The position numbers and the translations under genes are program-made. A stretch of DNA of 64,000 bases from Thecamonas trahens ATCC 50062. Taxonomy: Eukaryota; Protista; Apusomonadida. Under the pieces are notes generated by a model that made no database searches, was not told the origin of the DNA, and saw only the letters and a program-made list of their open reading frames with translations. Shown one piece after another: positions 22,057-33,963 of the stretch; the first letter of the stretch is position 1; each line of letters opens with the position of its first letter. Location of the stretch: positions 1 through 64,000 of the forward strand of contig NW_013657675.1 of the NCBI RefSeq assembly GCF_000142905.1. The letters are read 5' to 3'.

Positions 22057-25000
22057 TCAATGCAGCGAGACAGTGTCCGAGGCCGACTCGGCTTCACCCT
22101 CGTACTGGGCAGCGGCGGCTGTGACGATAGGCTCGGGCTCAGTGTCGAGGGTGAGTTCCTCGAGCTCGTTGACAGCCTCGCGAAGGAGCGAGTTGGCAAA
22201 GTAGTCAAAGCCTTCGAGCCAGAGCGCGTTGTCGCGCTTGCGGATGCGCTCTGCATAGAGCAGGGTGTGGACGCGCTTGTCCGAGGCGGCGTTGAGGGCG
22301 TCGGCGAGGTTGTTGGCAAGGAACTCCCAGTCGGTCGAGCTCTGCTCGAGGTCGCCCATGATGAGCTTGCGCCCGCGCTGCCGCATGGCGGCGAGAAAGT
22401 TGCGGACTTCGCCCTTGGACTGGATGTGGAGGAGCGAAACGGAGCGGAGGACGTGGCTTGCGTGCGCGTTGAGGTACTGCACGTAGTCTTCCATGACGTA
22501 GTGCTTCTCAAACGTTTTGGTCACGTGGATGCCGCCCTTGTACACCGGATGGTGGTTCCACGAGTACGCGCGGAGCACGAGCTTGCCGTCGGCGCCAAAG
22601 TCGGCGAGGCCGCCGACCGCAAGATTGGCGTCGGTGTAGTTGGGTGCCGAGAAGACCGTGATGAGCCGTGGAAAGTTGTAGTACTTGGACTCGGCGGCGA
22701 CGTCAAAGCCCGGCTTTTGCTGGTGCCCGCGCAGGATGCAGAGCACATCGTTGCGCGCTAGAAAGTAGTCGGCTGCCCGCGCTGTGAACAGGTACAGGCC
22801 CTTGCCGCGCGAGTTCTTCTTCCAGCTCGACTTTTTGGTCCAGTCCTTGGCCCGCGGCCCGCGCCGGAACAGCGAGCTCTTCTTCTTCACCGCAGCAAGG
22901 TCAAAGACCAACCGATCGGCCTCGACCAGGTACCGATTCCCGTGGATCTCCAGCAACGAACGCGGCAGCATCCACGCATCCGCCTCGACCGCCCCACTCC
23001 ACTCGGGTGGCGGTCCAGAGGTGGCCGGAATCAGCGGCGATGGCGCAAACGCCGGCGCCGGCGACGACGACGATGAATCGTCGGGCCGCGTCTTGGAGTA
23101 CCGCGGCGCAGGCCGCATAGACTTTGACGACGAGTCGGACCCTGACTCGCGCTCGCTCGACGCTGTTGCTGCGGCAGATGAAGAGGCTGACACCGACGCT
23201 GCGACTGATGAAGACGCTGATACCGGAGGCGACGACGTTGAGAGAGAGGAAGAGGGAGAGGGAGATGCCGGCCGAGATGAGGTTGGTGACGAGGATGACA
23301 AGGCCGGGCTTGAGCTACTTGAATCCGGGTCCGAGTCCGAGTCCGGGTCTGAGTCCGGGTCCGAGTCCGGGTCCGAGTCCGGGTCCGAGTCCGAGTCTAG
23401 GCCCGAGTCTGGGTCCGAGTCTGGGTCCGAGTCTGGGTCCGAGTTCGGGTCCGAGTCTGGGTCCGAGTCGGCGTCTGAAGGCGTTGATGCCGAAGCCTTT
23501 CCAGCTGCGGCCCTAGCCTTGCTCTTGCTCTTGCTCTTGCTCTTGACATCCGAATCCGCGGTACCCGATCCAGAGTCCGACTTGGACGAAGTAAGCGCCG
23601 CCTTTCCCTTCCTCTTCCTCTTGCCCTTGCCCTTGCTCTTGCCCGTGCGCGAGGCCTCCTCCTCCTGCTCCTCGTCAGCTTCCTCTTGCTGCTCACCGCG
23701 CGAGGCTCGCCGCCCCCGACGGGAGACCCGGCCTTTGGACGAGCTGCGGAGGCTAAACCGCCGCCTGGACTTGGACTTGGATTTGGATTTGGACTTGGAC
23801 TTGGATCTGGCTTTGGCCTTGGCCTTGGCCTTGGCGCTGGCCTTGGCACTGGCCTTGGCGCGGCGCTTCTCCTCGCGGCGCTTGTGGCGGAGGGTGTGGA
23901 CGTCGTCATCCGAGTTGGCGGCGAGGACCTCGTCGCGGGCCTCGGCTAGGAAAGCCGCGGCGGCGTCGTGGCGGGCAGTCGAGTCGGCGTCGAGCGTGCG
24001 GGCCATGCGGGACTGCGCCTTGCGGAGCGCGCGGGCCTGCCAGCTCGACATGGCCATGTCCTGGTACGGATCGTTCCACATGACGCCCCGCATCTCGCCC
24101 TTGCCGCGGATCTCCTTTTTCTTGGTCCGCGAGACGGCGCGCATCGTCTCGAGGCCCGGATGCTCGCGATCAATACCGCCATGAGCGCAGAACATCTTCT
24201 TCGAGCCGCCGTTGCCGTCGGGGACAGAGAGGACGGCGGCAGCAGGGAGGCGGGCAAGGACGCCCATGAGCGCGTTGAAGACCTCAATCGAGTATTTGGC
24301 CTCGACCTCGACCTTGGTCCCGCCGGAAATCGGCTTGGCCGCCATAGCCTCGGACTCGTGGTTGCCGCGGAGGAGGTGGACCGAGTCCGGGTAGCGGACA
24401 AAGGCGGCGAGGAGGAAGAGCGCGGTCTCTGCCGAAAAGTAGCCGCGGTCGACGTAGTCGCCGAGGAAGAGGTACTGACTCTCGCCGAGCGGACCGCCCG
24501 TCCCGAGAATGTTGGGCATGTCGTAGAACTGGCCGTGAATATCGCCAATGACCACACACGGGCCGTCCACCTCGAGCAGCGATGGGAGCTTGCGGACCCG
24601 GCGCTTGGCGGCGGCAATGATGGCCAGCGCGAGCTGGGTTGTCAGCCGGCCTTCAAACAAAAACTGCTCGTAGACCATGTCGAGGTCGAGAAAGTTCGCG
24701 ACTCGTTTGCCCGACGGCGCGAGCGGCCATGCGTCCTTCAGCTTGAGCTTCTTGGTCCGCGGATGGTAGAGGACCCAGAGAACGGCCTCGGGTTCGATGC
24801 CAAACTCGGCGAGTGTGTTGCCGGTGCTCAGCATCTGCGTCGAATCGGGGTCCAGCAGCTGGAAGCCCTCGTAGTAGACGCGCAGGAGCGCCAACGGCTG
24901 GCTGGTCACCTTGGAGATCTTGGAGAGGAGCGTGCCGATGGTCGTCGAGGCGCGGACGACGACGCGAAAGGCACGCCGGACGTAGAACTCGCGGATGTGG

Positions 25001-26220
25001 AGAACAAACGAGGCGTCCGAGTCCGACGCCACCCACGAGTACGAGAGGTTGTCAACCGACTCGGTGGTTGTGCAGCCTTCAGAGTCGCCAGCCGACCGCA
25101 GGCCGATGCGTGCCGCCACCGGGACGTCGGCAGCTTCGTCCGAGTCGAGCTCGCGGAGCGAGGATTCAAAGTCGGACTCGTCGAGCGGCGGCAGCTCAAC
25201 AACGTGCCCGTCGTACCCGAGGTGGCGGGCAAATTGTTCGAGTGTGAGCTGCCCGCGCTTGCCGCGCCGGTGCTTGCGGAGCAGCTCTTTGCGGCGGCCC
25301 TCGTCCTCGTCGGCAACAACCATGCGGATGTACGCCGGCGAGACGCCGGCCTCCACCAGCTGCACCTCGTCGGCCATGCCGATGTCCCACCCGTCCGACT
25401 CGGCCCAGTCACGCCGGCCGAGCTCGTCCATCACCTCACCGAGCGCATCCTCGGAAATGACGCCGTCCGAGTCGCTGTCGAGTTCGTTGAAAAGCTCGTG
25501 AATGAGCCGGTACTTTCCGTCCTGCGCCCGCTTCAGCACCGCGCAAAACTCAAAGAACGACAGCACACCATCGGCGTCGACGTCGGCTGCCTTCAACATT
25601 CGCTCGACGTCAGCCATCCCATCCGTCGACGACTGCAGCAGCAGCGCAATCGGCGCCAGCTCTAGCACCGAGATCCGGCCCGTCGAGTCCGTATCCACCA
25701 GCTCGAACGCCCTGCGAAAGTTTTCAAACTGCGCCTGTGTCAGGTTGAGCTGTAGTCCCAGCCGCAAGCCAGTTGACCGCCCGCCCGTCCGCCCGCCCGC
25801 CCGTCCGCCCGCCCGCCAATCATTGCCAGTTAGTCAGCCAGCCATCATCCCCACGGCACCCTCTCCCCTTGCGCCCCTCTACCCTTGCGCCCCACGCCTC
25901 CTCGCCCCAGCGCCCCACGCCCCGACCCACCCGCCCGTCGTGGTCATCGCTCCCCCGCCACCCCAACCTACCGTATCCACAATAGCATCATCAGAGAGCG
26001 AGTACGGCTCGTCGTCGTCATAGTCAGAGTACTCCCCGCTGTAGCGGGAGGAGCGCGAGGAGAGCGAGGCTGAGCCAAGCGAGTCGACCGAGCCTGGCGC
26101 CGTCCCTAGCGCTGTGAGCGAGCCTCGGGTGGAGCCCCTCCTCGAGCTCCTCCTTCCAGACCTTCTGGAACTACGCCGACCACTACCTCGTGACTTGTTG
26201 CCAAACGGCCATAGCCGCAT
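22057..26220 (-). CDS. EF-hand + ubiquitin-like + calcineurin-type PPP Ser/Thr phosphatase fusion; one intron
   Basis: EF loops DTDSTGRISVLE, DVDADGVLSFFE, DSDSDGVISEDA; Ubl-like segment ~24760-25010; PPP motifs GDIHGQ, GDYVDRG, LRGNHE, HGGI, WNDP, LRGHQ, TVFSAPNY. Exon 1 probably starts at ATG 26220 (MRLWPFGNK). Confidence 0.85.
23325..23470 (-). repeat. Coding 12-bp repeat (Asp-Ser-Asp-Pro)n within the phosphatase insertion
   Basis: gggtccgagtc(c/t) tandem units. Confidence 0.9.
25750..25971 (-). other. Spliceosomal intron, 222 nt, phase 0
   Basis: GTAGGT donor after ...DAIVDT, internal GACTAAC, CAG acceptor before LNLTQAQFENF. Confidence 0.75.
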
Positions 26221-26490
26221 ACCCGTCAAGCACTCTCTGCAGTCGGGTGTGTGCCCTTCCGCTCTCCCGCTCCTCTCTGCCGTTGCTGACCATCTCGGCT
26301 CACTCGCTGCCAACGCCAGCGACAGGCAAGCGACTCTCCCGCTCGCCGGTGGGATCCAGCACGCCACATATCAGCACGACACACTCACAATTGCACTCTC
26401 TATGCGAGTACCTGTTGAGCCCCCTCCCCCCCCCCCCCCCCTCCCCTACACCATACATCAGCACCTGATGCACTTCTCATCCGCACCGCG

Positions 26491-26705
26491 CACATCATTA
26501 CCACATATCATCACCACACATCATCACCACACATCATCACCACACATCATCACCACACATCACCACCACATATCACCACCACACATCATCACCACATATC
26601 ATCACCACATATCACCACCACACATCATCACCACACATCATCACCACATATCACCACCACACATCATCACCACACATCATCACCACATATCATCTCCACA
26701 CATCA
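26491..26705. repeat. 13-bp minisatellite (catcaccacacat variants) in a divergent intergenic region
   Basis: Directly visible tandem array. Confidence 0.9.
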
Positions 26706-26959
26706 ACTCTTGATCCGCTCCGCTCATGTCGTCTCACTCGATCGCCCTCAATCAAACTCATCATCACCACCACCCAACCAGACTGGTGTCACGCGCGCAC
26801 GCTTCAGTGCCTGCCTGCTCCACCGCCACACCTTCCGCAACAGGCACGCACTGACAGCGATACACAGACACACACACACACACACCTCTCTGCGTTTAGA
26901 GGTGAGGACAGCCCCCCTCCCTCTCGCCTCCCCTTCCCCGCCACTCCCTCTCATTCCGT

Positions 26960-28330
26960 ATGACTATGCTCGCTCGGTGCCGTGGCGGTGTGGTGGCTAT
27001 GGCTGTGGCTGTGGCAATGGTGGCGATACTCTCGTGCGGGGCGGTGGTGGTGGCAAGTGAAGCGGTCGGCCGGTCGCAGCCGCAGGCTCTGCATCTGGCA
27101 CTGGGCAACTCAGCGGATGCGTATGTAGTCTCGTGGCTCACGCTCGATGAGACTCGTACGAGTACGGTCAAGTATGGAACGGCACCTGGGGCGTTGGACA
27201 AGATTGCGACCGGATCGGCGAGGATCTACGACCATGTTGGCGGCGGATTCAACCACTTTGTCACGCTTGACGCGCTTCCTGCCAACGCCAAGATCTACTA
27301 CTTGGTGGGTGATGCAGAAGGTGGCTTCTCGGACGTGTTCTTCTTTGAGACTCGGCGGGCCGAGGCTGGTAAGGCACCGATGACCTTCGCCATCTACGGT
27401 GATCTCGGGCTTGACAAGGGCGAGCCGTCGATTGCCGCCATCAACAGCCACGGGGCGCAGGGCGAGTACGACTTTGTGCTCCACCTCGGCGACATTTCGT
27501 ATGCCAACGATGCCATCATCTCGCACAACTCGACCCACGACTACGAGGAAATCTGGCGCGACTGGTTTGCTGCGCTCGCGCCGACGATGACCCGCACGCC
27601 GTACATGGTCATGCCGGGCAACCACGAGTCGTGGTCGCGGTCGCCGCTCTCGGGCATCCAGACCTTCAACTTTACCGTCTACAAGTACAAGTTTCAGATG
27701 CCCGGCGCCGCCGCCGGCTCGGACACCTCGATGTTCTACTCGTTCGACTATGGCCTCGTCCACTTTATTGCGCTCTCGACCGAGACCGACTACGACGGCC
27801 ACCCCATCGATTTTTACGTCAAGCAGTACAAGCAGGTCAACTGGCTCCGTGCCGACCTGGCCAAGGCCGCCGCCAACCGCGCCAACGTGCCGTGGATCAT
27901 CGTCATGGGCCACCGCCCTGTCTACTGCACCGGCTCGCCCTACTCCAAGGACTCGGTTCCGACCGAAAACTCGGCCACCCTTCAGGCCTGGCTCGAGCCG
28001 CTCTTCAAGGAGTACCGCGTCGACGCCTACGTCTCTGGTCACGCCCATCGCTACGAGCGCCAGTTCCCGACCTACCGCAACCAGCCGACGTCGCGCTCGT
28101 ACACCGCGCCCGGCGGCACCGTCTATCTTGTTTCGGGCGGCGCAGGCAATGTCGAGGGCCACTCATCCGGCGGCGCCGACGCCGTCTGGACCGCCTACAA
28201 GAACATCACAGACTTTGGCTACTCGACCATGACTGTCGTCAACGCCACCCATCTCGAGTGGCAATGGCGGGTTTCGGCCACCGATGAGCTCGCTGACGCC
28301 ATCACCATTGTCTCGGATCACGACTGGTGA
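26960..28330 (+). CDS. Secreted purple acid phosphatase (ACP7/PAPL-like) with N-terminal FN3-type domain
   Basis: Signal peptide; PQALHLALG, VSWLT, VKYG; metal-ligand motifs GDLG, GDISY, GNHE, VMGHRP, GHAHRYER. Confidence 0.95.
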   Translation: MTMLARCRGGVVAMAVAVAMVAILSCGAVVVASEAVGRSQPQALHLALGNSADAYVVSWLTLDETRTSTVKYGTAPGALDKIATGSARIYDHVGGGFNHFVTLDALPANAKIYYLVGDAEGGFSDVFFFETRRAEAGKAPMTFAIYGDLGLDKGEPSIAAINSHGAQGEYDFVLHLGDISYANDAIISHNSTHDYEEIWRDWFAALAPTMTRTPYMVMPGNHESWSRSPLSGIQTFNFTVYKYKFQMPGAAAGSDTSMFYSFDYGLVHFIALSTETDYDGHPIDFYVKQYKQVNWLRADLAKAAANRANVPWIIVMGHRPVYCTGSPYSKDSVPTENSATLQAWLEPLFKEYRVDAYVSGHAHRYERQFPTYRNQPTSRSYTAPGGTVYLVSGGAGNVEGHSSGGADAVWTAYKNITDFGYSTMTVVNATHLEWQWRVSATDELADAITIVSDHDW

Positions 28331-28377
28331 TGCGCTGTCGTGCCTGGCCGCGTAAACACCTTCTTCTTTACGCTTCG

Positions 28378-29349
28378 CTAGTGCTCCTGGTTGTAGATGT
28401 GCGAAATGGCCGACGCCACGATGCCCTCCGCCGCCTCGACCGCAGACCCAAACGGCGCCTCCTGGATGTGCAGCTCGCCCGAGCCGTCCGAGTTGAGGAA
28501 TCGCCATGCCCTCGTCGTTACGTCTGGATGAGCACCCACGCACATGGACGCCAGCGCATCGTCGCCAGCCTGCATCAGCGCCCAGCCCTCACCGCACATC
28601 ATCCGCCAAATCTCGATCCGGTCGCCGTTCTCAGCCCGCCACCTTTCGACAGTCACCGCTTCCATCTCCTCATCGCACACAAAGGCTCGCGCAGGCACCG
28701 AAGCCCCGGACCCGGACCAGCTTCCTGCTCTCACCCGAGCAAGCATCCGCTCAAACAGCCGACCGACTTCCATGTGAAACAGCGGCGGGAGCTGCAGGAT
28801 ATCGCTGTCGACGTAGTCATCACGGCCCCGGTCCATCGGGACCACTACCGCCATTGTCTCGTCGAGCGATCCAGCATTGACCCAGTCGATCACCATCGCC
28901 CGACTCGCCGCCTGCCCGACCGAAGCAACTGCCTGCGAGTTGCCTGCGGCAGTAACCGAAGTTTCGATCGGCACGCATGCCGCCGGCAGTGGCTCACCTT
29001 CGACTGCCTCGCGGCAGTAGGTACCTGCAAGGACAAAGAGCCACGAGTTGGCTGGGAGCATGCGGTTCCACGACGTGGTCTGCCGCAGCACGACCTTGTC
29101 CGCCCCCAGCATGCCCGGCATTAGATACGCCTCGGCACCAGCTTGTTCCACCGCGGCACGACCTTCCACCACACTCGCCACGCCGTCGTAGATCAGCACG
29201 CCCGTGTTGGGCCCCAGCGACTCGCGGCGGGTAACCTCAGCAAAGACACCGGAGCCATCGCTATCCACGTCCACGCCTGCCATCACTTCCTTTGCCCGTT
29301 TCCCCCCGGTCTCTACCTTGATCAGCAACCCGCGCACCTGAGCAGCCAT
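28378..29349 (-). CDS. Hypothetical globular protein (~323 aa)
   Basis: Long ORF with balanced composition, convergent with the acid phosphatase. Start chosen at MAAQVRG; the upstream ORF part is low-complexity. Confidence 0.6.
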   Translation of the reverse strand: MAAQVRGLLIKVETGGKRAKEVMAGVDVDSDGSGVFAEVTRRESLGPNTGVLIYDGVASVVEGRAAVEQAGAEAYLMPGMLGADKVVLRQTTSWNRMLPANSWLFVLAGTYCREAVEGEPLPAACVPIETSVTAAGNSQAVASVGQAASRAMVIDWVNAGSLDETMAVVVPMDRGRDDYVDSDILQLPPLFHMEVGRLFERMLARVRAGSWSGSGASVPARAFVCDEEMEAVTVERWRAENGDRIEIWRMMCGEGWALMQAGDDALASMCVGAHPDVTTRAWRFLNSDGSGELHIQEAPFGSAVEAAEGIVASAISHIYNQEH

Positions 29350-29778
29350 GTTGGGTCGATTGGAAATGCCAAGTGAAATGGAGCAGGACACAGCAGGGCC
29401 AGTGACAGCCATGGTGGCATGGTAGTGCCGATGTTGATGGCAGTGGTCATGGTGATGGTGGTGACAATGGCTCGGACGACAACGATCGACCCACAACCAT
29501 GTTGGCGATGATGACTCTGACTCTGACGACAACGATGACTCGGACTCTGACAATAGCCGACCATCCATCCCCATCCCCATCCCACCCCCATTCCCATCCC
29601 CATCCTGATCCCGATCCCCATCTCCACCATCATTACCATCCGTCCACCTCCGCCGCATTCATTCCCTCTATGAACGAATCGTTCCCTCCTCCCCCTTACC
29701 CCCTCCCCCCCCCCACCCACTTCACCCCCTCCCTCCCCCCTCCTCCTCCTCCTCCTATTCCCTTCTACCCCGGGAGGG

Positions 29779-31194
29779 ATGAAGTCGTTCATTATCACCG
29801 ACGACGTGGGCACGCCGCTGTACCTCGACCACGAGCTGGACGACGAGGCCAGGATGGTGTGCATGCAGGTGGCAGCGACGCAGGACCTCATGTCGACCAA
29901 CTTTAATCAGTGTTTCAATGGCTTTCGATGTGGTGGTGGTCTCGAGTGTGTGCTCATGAGAAAGTCGGGCATTCATTTGATGGTTCTCTCCGATGAAGGC
30001 GAGAGTCACAACGCGCTCGTTCGTCAGCTCGCCCTCATTCATGCCATGATGGTCTTTGTCTTTGGCTCGCGCATGCTCCGCAAGCTCAAATCGCCCATGC
30101 AGAGGGAAAAGGCAAAGGCAGAGGCGACTCTTCGGAGATGCATCGATGCTCTCATCCACTTTTGCGCCACAGAGCAGTCGTTTCTGGTCTCCTCGCTCGA
30201 GCGCCTCGAGGTCAACGACGATCTCCGTGCCCGCTGCTGCTCCGCCCTCGCCGACGCCGTCGATGCCTCGCCGGGAACCTTCCACGCTCTCCTTTTTGTC
30301 GGCTCCAAGCTTGTGGCCCAGTACTCACGCGAGCGGGTTTTTGAGCTCCTTCCGGCCGACATCTCGCTCATCACCATCTACTTTCACTCGCTCTTCTTCC
30401 CCAAGTCACGGACGGGGCAGGGCGCACTCCGCACCGCATCGCCGCCGCCAGGCGCTGTCAAGCCATCTGGCGCGCCACCGTCGCCGGGCTATCGCGACGA
30501 CGTCTCGGTCTCGTCGACCCAGGCCCGCGCCTCGGCCTCGGCCGCCCGCGCCGCCGCCGCCGCCCACGGCTCGCCGACCTCGCCGCAGGTTCCGGCCACG
30601 CCCGCGCCCCGCGCTCCACCCTCGCCCGACGCCTCGCCCATCGCCCCCGCCGACGACACCCAGCTGGCCGACGATGACGACGACGACCTCTCCACCGCAG
30701 GCTCTGTCGCCGCGGACGAGAGCCTCTCGCGCAAGGCGTCCGGCCGCGGCCCAGGCTCGGCGGGCGTGCCCATTCCGAGCCCGTCCCATGGGCATGTCGA
30801 CGCTGACGACGTCGCTCGCTCGACCGCCAACGAAATGTTCTTTACCCCGCATGACTCGGTTGCGGCCTCGCTCGCCCGGTCAAACATTGTCCTCCGCATG
30901 CCAAGCGCCCGCTCCCGGCTCATCCACTTCCAGCTCGCCGGCCGTCTCGCGTCCGTCGTCGCCACTCAAGCCGACCATCTCGGCCTCTTCGGTCACCACC
31001 GCTGACGAGGCATACGCTACACCCACCGCCGAATCTCTCACCACCGCCGCCCGCCTCGACGCCTCTATCGAGGTCGAGTCGGCGCTCTACCGCTCCGCTT
31101 ATGACACCATGATCAGCGCGGCCGGCGGCGAGAGAAGCGGCGGAGTGCGCCCCACTCAAGCGGCCGGTACTGCTTCAGCGGGAGGAGCTAACGG

Positions 31195-31227
<33 letters not shown>

Positions 31228-32101
31228 CGAGGTCTTTGTTGACGCCAAGGGCAAGCTCACCCCGCGCGACGCCCGCTCACGCAATACGTCATTTGACGAG
31301 CTCCCGCCGCTCGACGACGCCCCGCCTGACTCGCTGCTGGAGACAGTCTTTCTCCATGTCAACGGCTCGCTCGTCCCAGGTAGGCTCTACTGCGCGCTCC
31401 TCGCACCCAACACCTCGCTTGTACTTGTCTCGGAGCGCGTGGCGGCGTCCGAGGCCGAGGCCGAGCAGGCACACGCCGCGTACGTCCGGCAACTTGTCCA
31501 GCGGCAGCTGGAGACCTTTGTCGACTTTTTGGTCATCAAGGCCCAGGCCCACATCACCATGCTCTCGTACTTGTACTACTTTCCGGGCATGGTCCACTTT
31601 ATGTTTGTCGACCGGACCCACGAGCAAGTGACGGCGCCGACGATTATCCCGCTCCACGGCCGGCTCGCCGAGCCGGACTCGAGCACTGGGCCTGAGCCGT
31701 CGGGCTCAGTCGCGTTCATCAAAGCCCGGGTGTGGGACCTTGCCCGCCACGCCCACGAGGCGCTCGCCGCCGGCTTCACCTCACTCGCCCTCTACAAGGA
31801 CGGGCTCTGCTACTCGTACCACCTGGTGGCTGAGAACGGCGACGGCGAGTCGCTGCCGATCAGCCTCCCAGCCACCCCACAGGGCAACGCGCTCGAGCTC
31901 AACGCGCTCAAGTCGGTCATTGCGGCGCAGCACCCGGACGTCCGCCACCTTCGCGTCTACGAGCTGTACGCGCTCTACGTCGGTACCCTCCCGCTCGAGT
32001 CGATCGGCCAGTGTAACGCCCGGCTTCTCTCGATGATCCGCGAGGACCGCTCGCTGCGAGTCCTCCGGACGCTCGAGCACTACAACGTCTCGTGGTATTG
32101 A
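29779..32101 (+). CDS. HPS1: Hermansky-Pudlak syndrome 1 homolog (BLOC-3 tri-longin subunit); frameshift ~30915 in a disordered insert
   Basis: TEQSFLVSSLERL, HALLFVGSKLVAQYSR, ITMLSYLYYFPGMVHFMFVDRTHEQVTAPTI, VWDLARHAHEALAAGFT and YELYALY match the HPS1 pattern. Confidence 0.88.
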
Positions 32102-32118
32102 GCCACCGGGTAGCGTGA

Positions 32119-33963
32119 CTAAAGCTTGGCGTCGTCGCGCGCAAAGACAGCCCACACCCGCTGCAGCATGGCGTCGAGGCTAGAGGCGAAGGCTGCCGCC
32201 GACGGCGCGTCGCTGCCGCGGGCTGATCCTTGTGAGGTGATGTTGAAGACAAGGCCGCTGCGCCGGACTCCGTAGCACACGCCAAAGCCACGGTCGACGA
32301 CAGGGCCAAACGCTGCCGACGCCACCGGATCGGTCACCTGCGAGGTCGAGAGCGCCCAGGTCGATGCCGCGGCCGTGGCATCGCAGACGAGAGCGTGTGG
32401 GAGCGAGAGCTCGAGCGCTGCACCTGCGCGCTGGAGTCCGAGAAGGAGCCGGTCGACACCTGCGCCCGACGCCGCGGCGCGCGCCAGGGCCGAGTGCTGC
32501 TCCGCTGCCGTCCGCGCCTTGGCCTCGAGCTCGTCGGGCGTTGCATCGCCGCGGACGAGGCTTTCGACAAAGGCAACCATCTGAGGGCTTGCTGCCCGCA
32601 GGGTCTCGGTGCGGCCTGCGGCGAACCGGCGGGTGGTCACCGACTCGTAGGTCGGTGCAGCTGTGCCGTGAAGCGCATAGTATGCGGCCTGGATGGCCGC
32701 CTGGCAAAAGGCATCAGGCGAGATGCGGGCGACGGCCTTGATATGGTCCTTCCCAAACTCGTCAAAGCGCAGGACGGCGACGTCGAGCGAGGCCGCGAGG
32801 TAGGTGTCGAGCCAGGCGCGGGCCGAGGCAGTGCGGGCCGCGAGCGACTCGGCAGCTGCACCGACGAGGTCGAGACGCGCAAAGGGAGGCGCGACAGCCT
32901 GCGGGTCTGCGGCGCTGGCTTCGGACTCGAGCGCGCGCGCCACGGCGGCGCGGGTGACGAGGAGCATCGGCATGCCGTCGACGCCCGAGTGCTCGCCGTT
33001 GAGTGCAAGCGCCCCGTTGGCGTAGACCAGCCACGAGAGGGTCTTATCGAGCCATCCGTCGGTGGTGGTGAGGGCCGAGGCGACAAGCTCGGCATGCGCG
33101 CCGGCGGCCGGCGCATCGGCTTCCAGGACAAGCTCAAAGAGGGCGTCTTGGAGCACGCGGTAGCCGTCAGCGTCAACGATAGTCGAAGCCTCAAGCCACT
33201 CATCGCGCGGAAGGGCGCAGAGGACGCCGAGGCCAGCGGTATCGGTGCGTGCCGCCGCATCGTCGACCACCGCTACCAGAGTGGAGGCGAGCGAGGCCAC
33301 GTCGCCGCCATCGCGGCCGAGCTCGACCACGTATGGGTGACCATGCGCCCAGACAACGACGTGATAGAGCGCAGTCGACGCGGCGTGGAGCACGTCGGAG
33401 CCGGGCGCCGGCAGCCGACACGAGTTGAACAGCCGCGGGTAGGCGGCAGTGCAGTTTGATCCGTTCTCACCAGGGATGACCTTGTCCTCGTGCCAGCCGC
33501 GGGCCAGATCGCGAGTGGCAAGCATCAGCGCTGCTGCTCGGCGGTATGGGCCGTCTGTCAGCGGAACGTCAAACACAAAGGCGTAGTTGGAGTTGACCAC
33601 CAGCGGCGCGCGGAAGGCCAAGTACGCCGCATCAAGCCACCACGCCGAGAGCCATGACTCGCACGAGGAGCAGGGATCGACTGCGACATGACCAGCATCG
33701 GCATCGGCATCGGAAGTTGCGGCATCGGCAGTTGCGGCAGAGGCAGCGGCAGAAGTGGCAGCAGTAGACTCGGCCCGGGCGTAGAGGAAGCGGAAGAGGG
33801 GCTCGAGCGCATCGGCCGTCTTGGGGCTTGCCAGCTCTGCAACCAGCGACTCGAGCGCAGATGGGGCGGTGAAGGGGGCGAGCGACGGCGGAAGGGCAGC
33901 GCGTAGTGTCTCCAAAGAGGGTACCGGGAGCGGGGGGAGGGCCATGGGGTGGGCTGTGGCCAT
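32119..33963 (-). CDS. Peroxisomal carnitine O-acyltransferase (CRAT/CROT family)
   Basis: LPPLPVPSLE, SWLSAWWLDAAYL, catalytic EHSGVDG, SPDAFCQAAIQAAYY, TYESVTTRRFAAGRTET, LSTSQ, FGPVVDRGFGVCY; C-terminal PTS1 AKL. Confidence 0.93.
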   Translation of the reverse strand: MATAHPMALPPLPVPSLETLRAALPPSLAPFTAPSALESLVAELASPKTADALEPLFRFLYARAESTAATSAAASAATADAATSDADADAGHVAVDPCSSCESWLSAWWLDAAYLAFRAPLVVNSNYAFVFDVPLTDGPYRRAAALMLATRDLARGWHEDKVIPGENGSNCTAAYPRLFNSCRLPAPGSDVLHAASTALYHVVVWAHGHPYVVELGRDGGDVASLASTLVAVVDDAAARTDTAGLGVLCALPRDEWLEASTIVDADGYRVLQDALFELVLEADAPAAGAHAELVASALTTTDGWLDKTLSWLVYANGALALNGEHSGVDGMPMLLVTRAAVARALESEASAADPQAVAPPFARLDLVGAAAESLAARTASARAWLDTYLAASLDVAVLRFDEFGKDHIKAVARISPDAFCQAAIQAAYYALHGTAAPTYESVTTRRFAAGRTETLRAASPQMVAFVESLVRGDATPDELEAKARTAAEQHSALARAAASGAGVDRLLLGLQRAGAALELSLPHALVCDATAAASTWALSTSQVTDPVASAAFGPVVDRGFGVCYGVRRSGLVFNITSQGSARGSDAPSAAAFASSLDAMLQRVWAVFARDDAKL

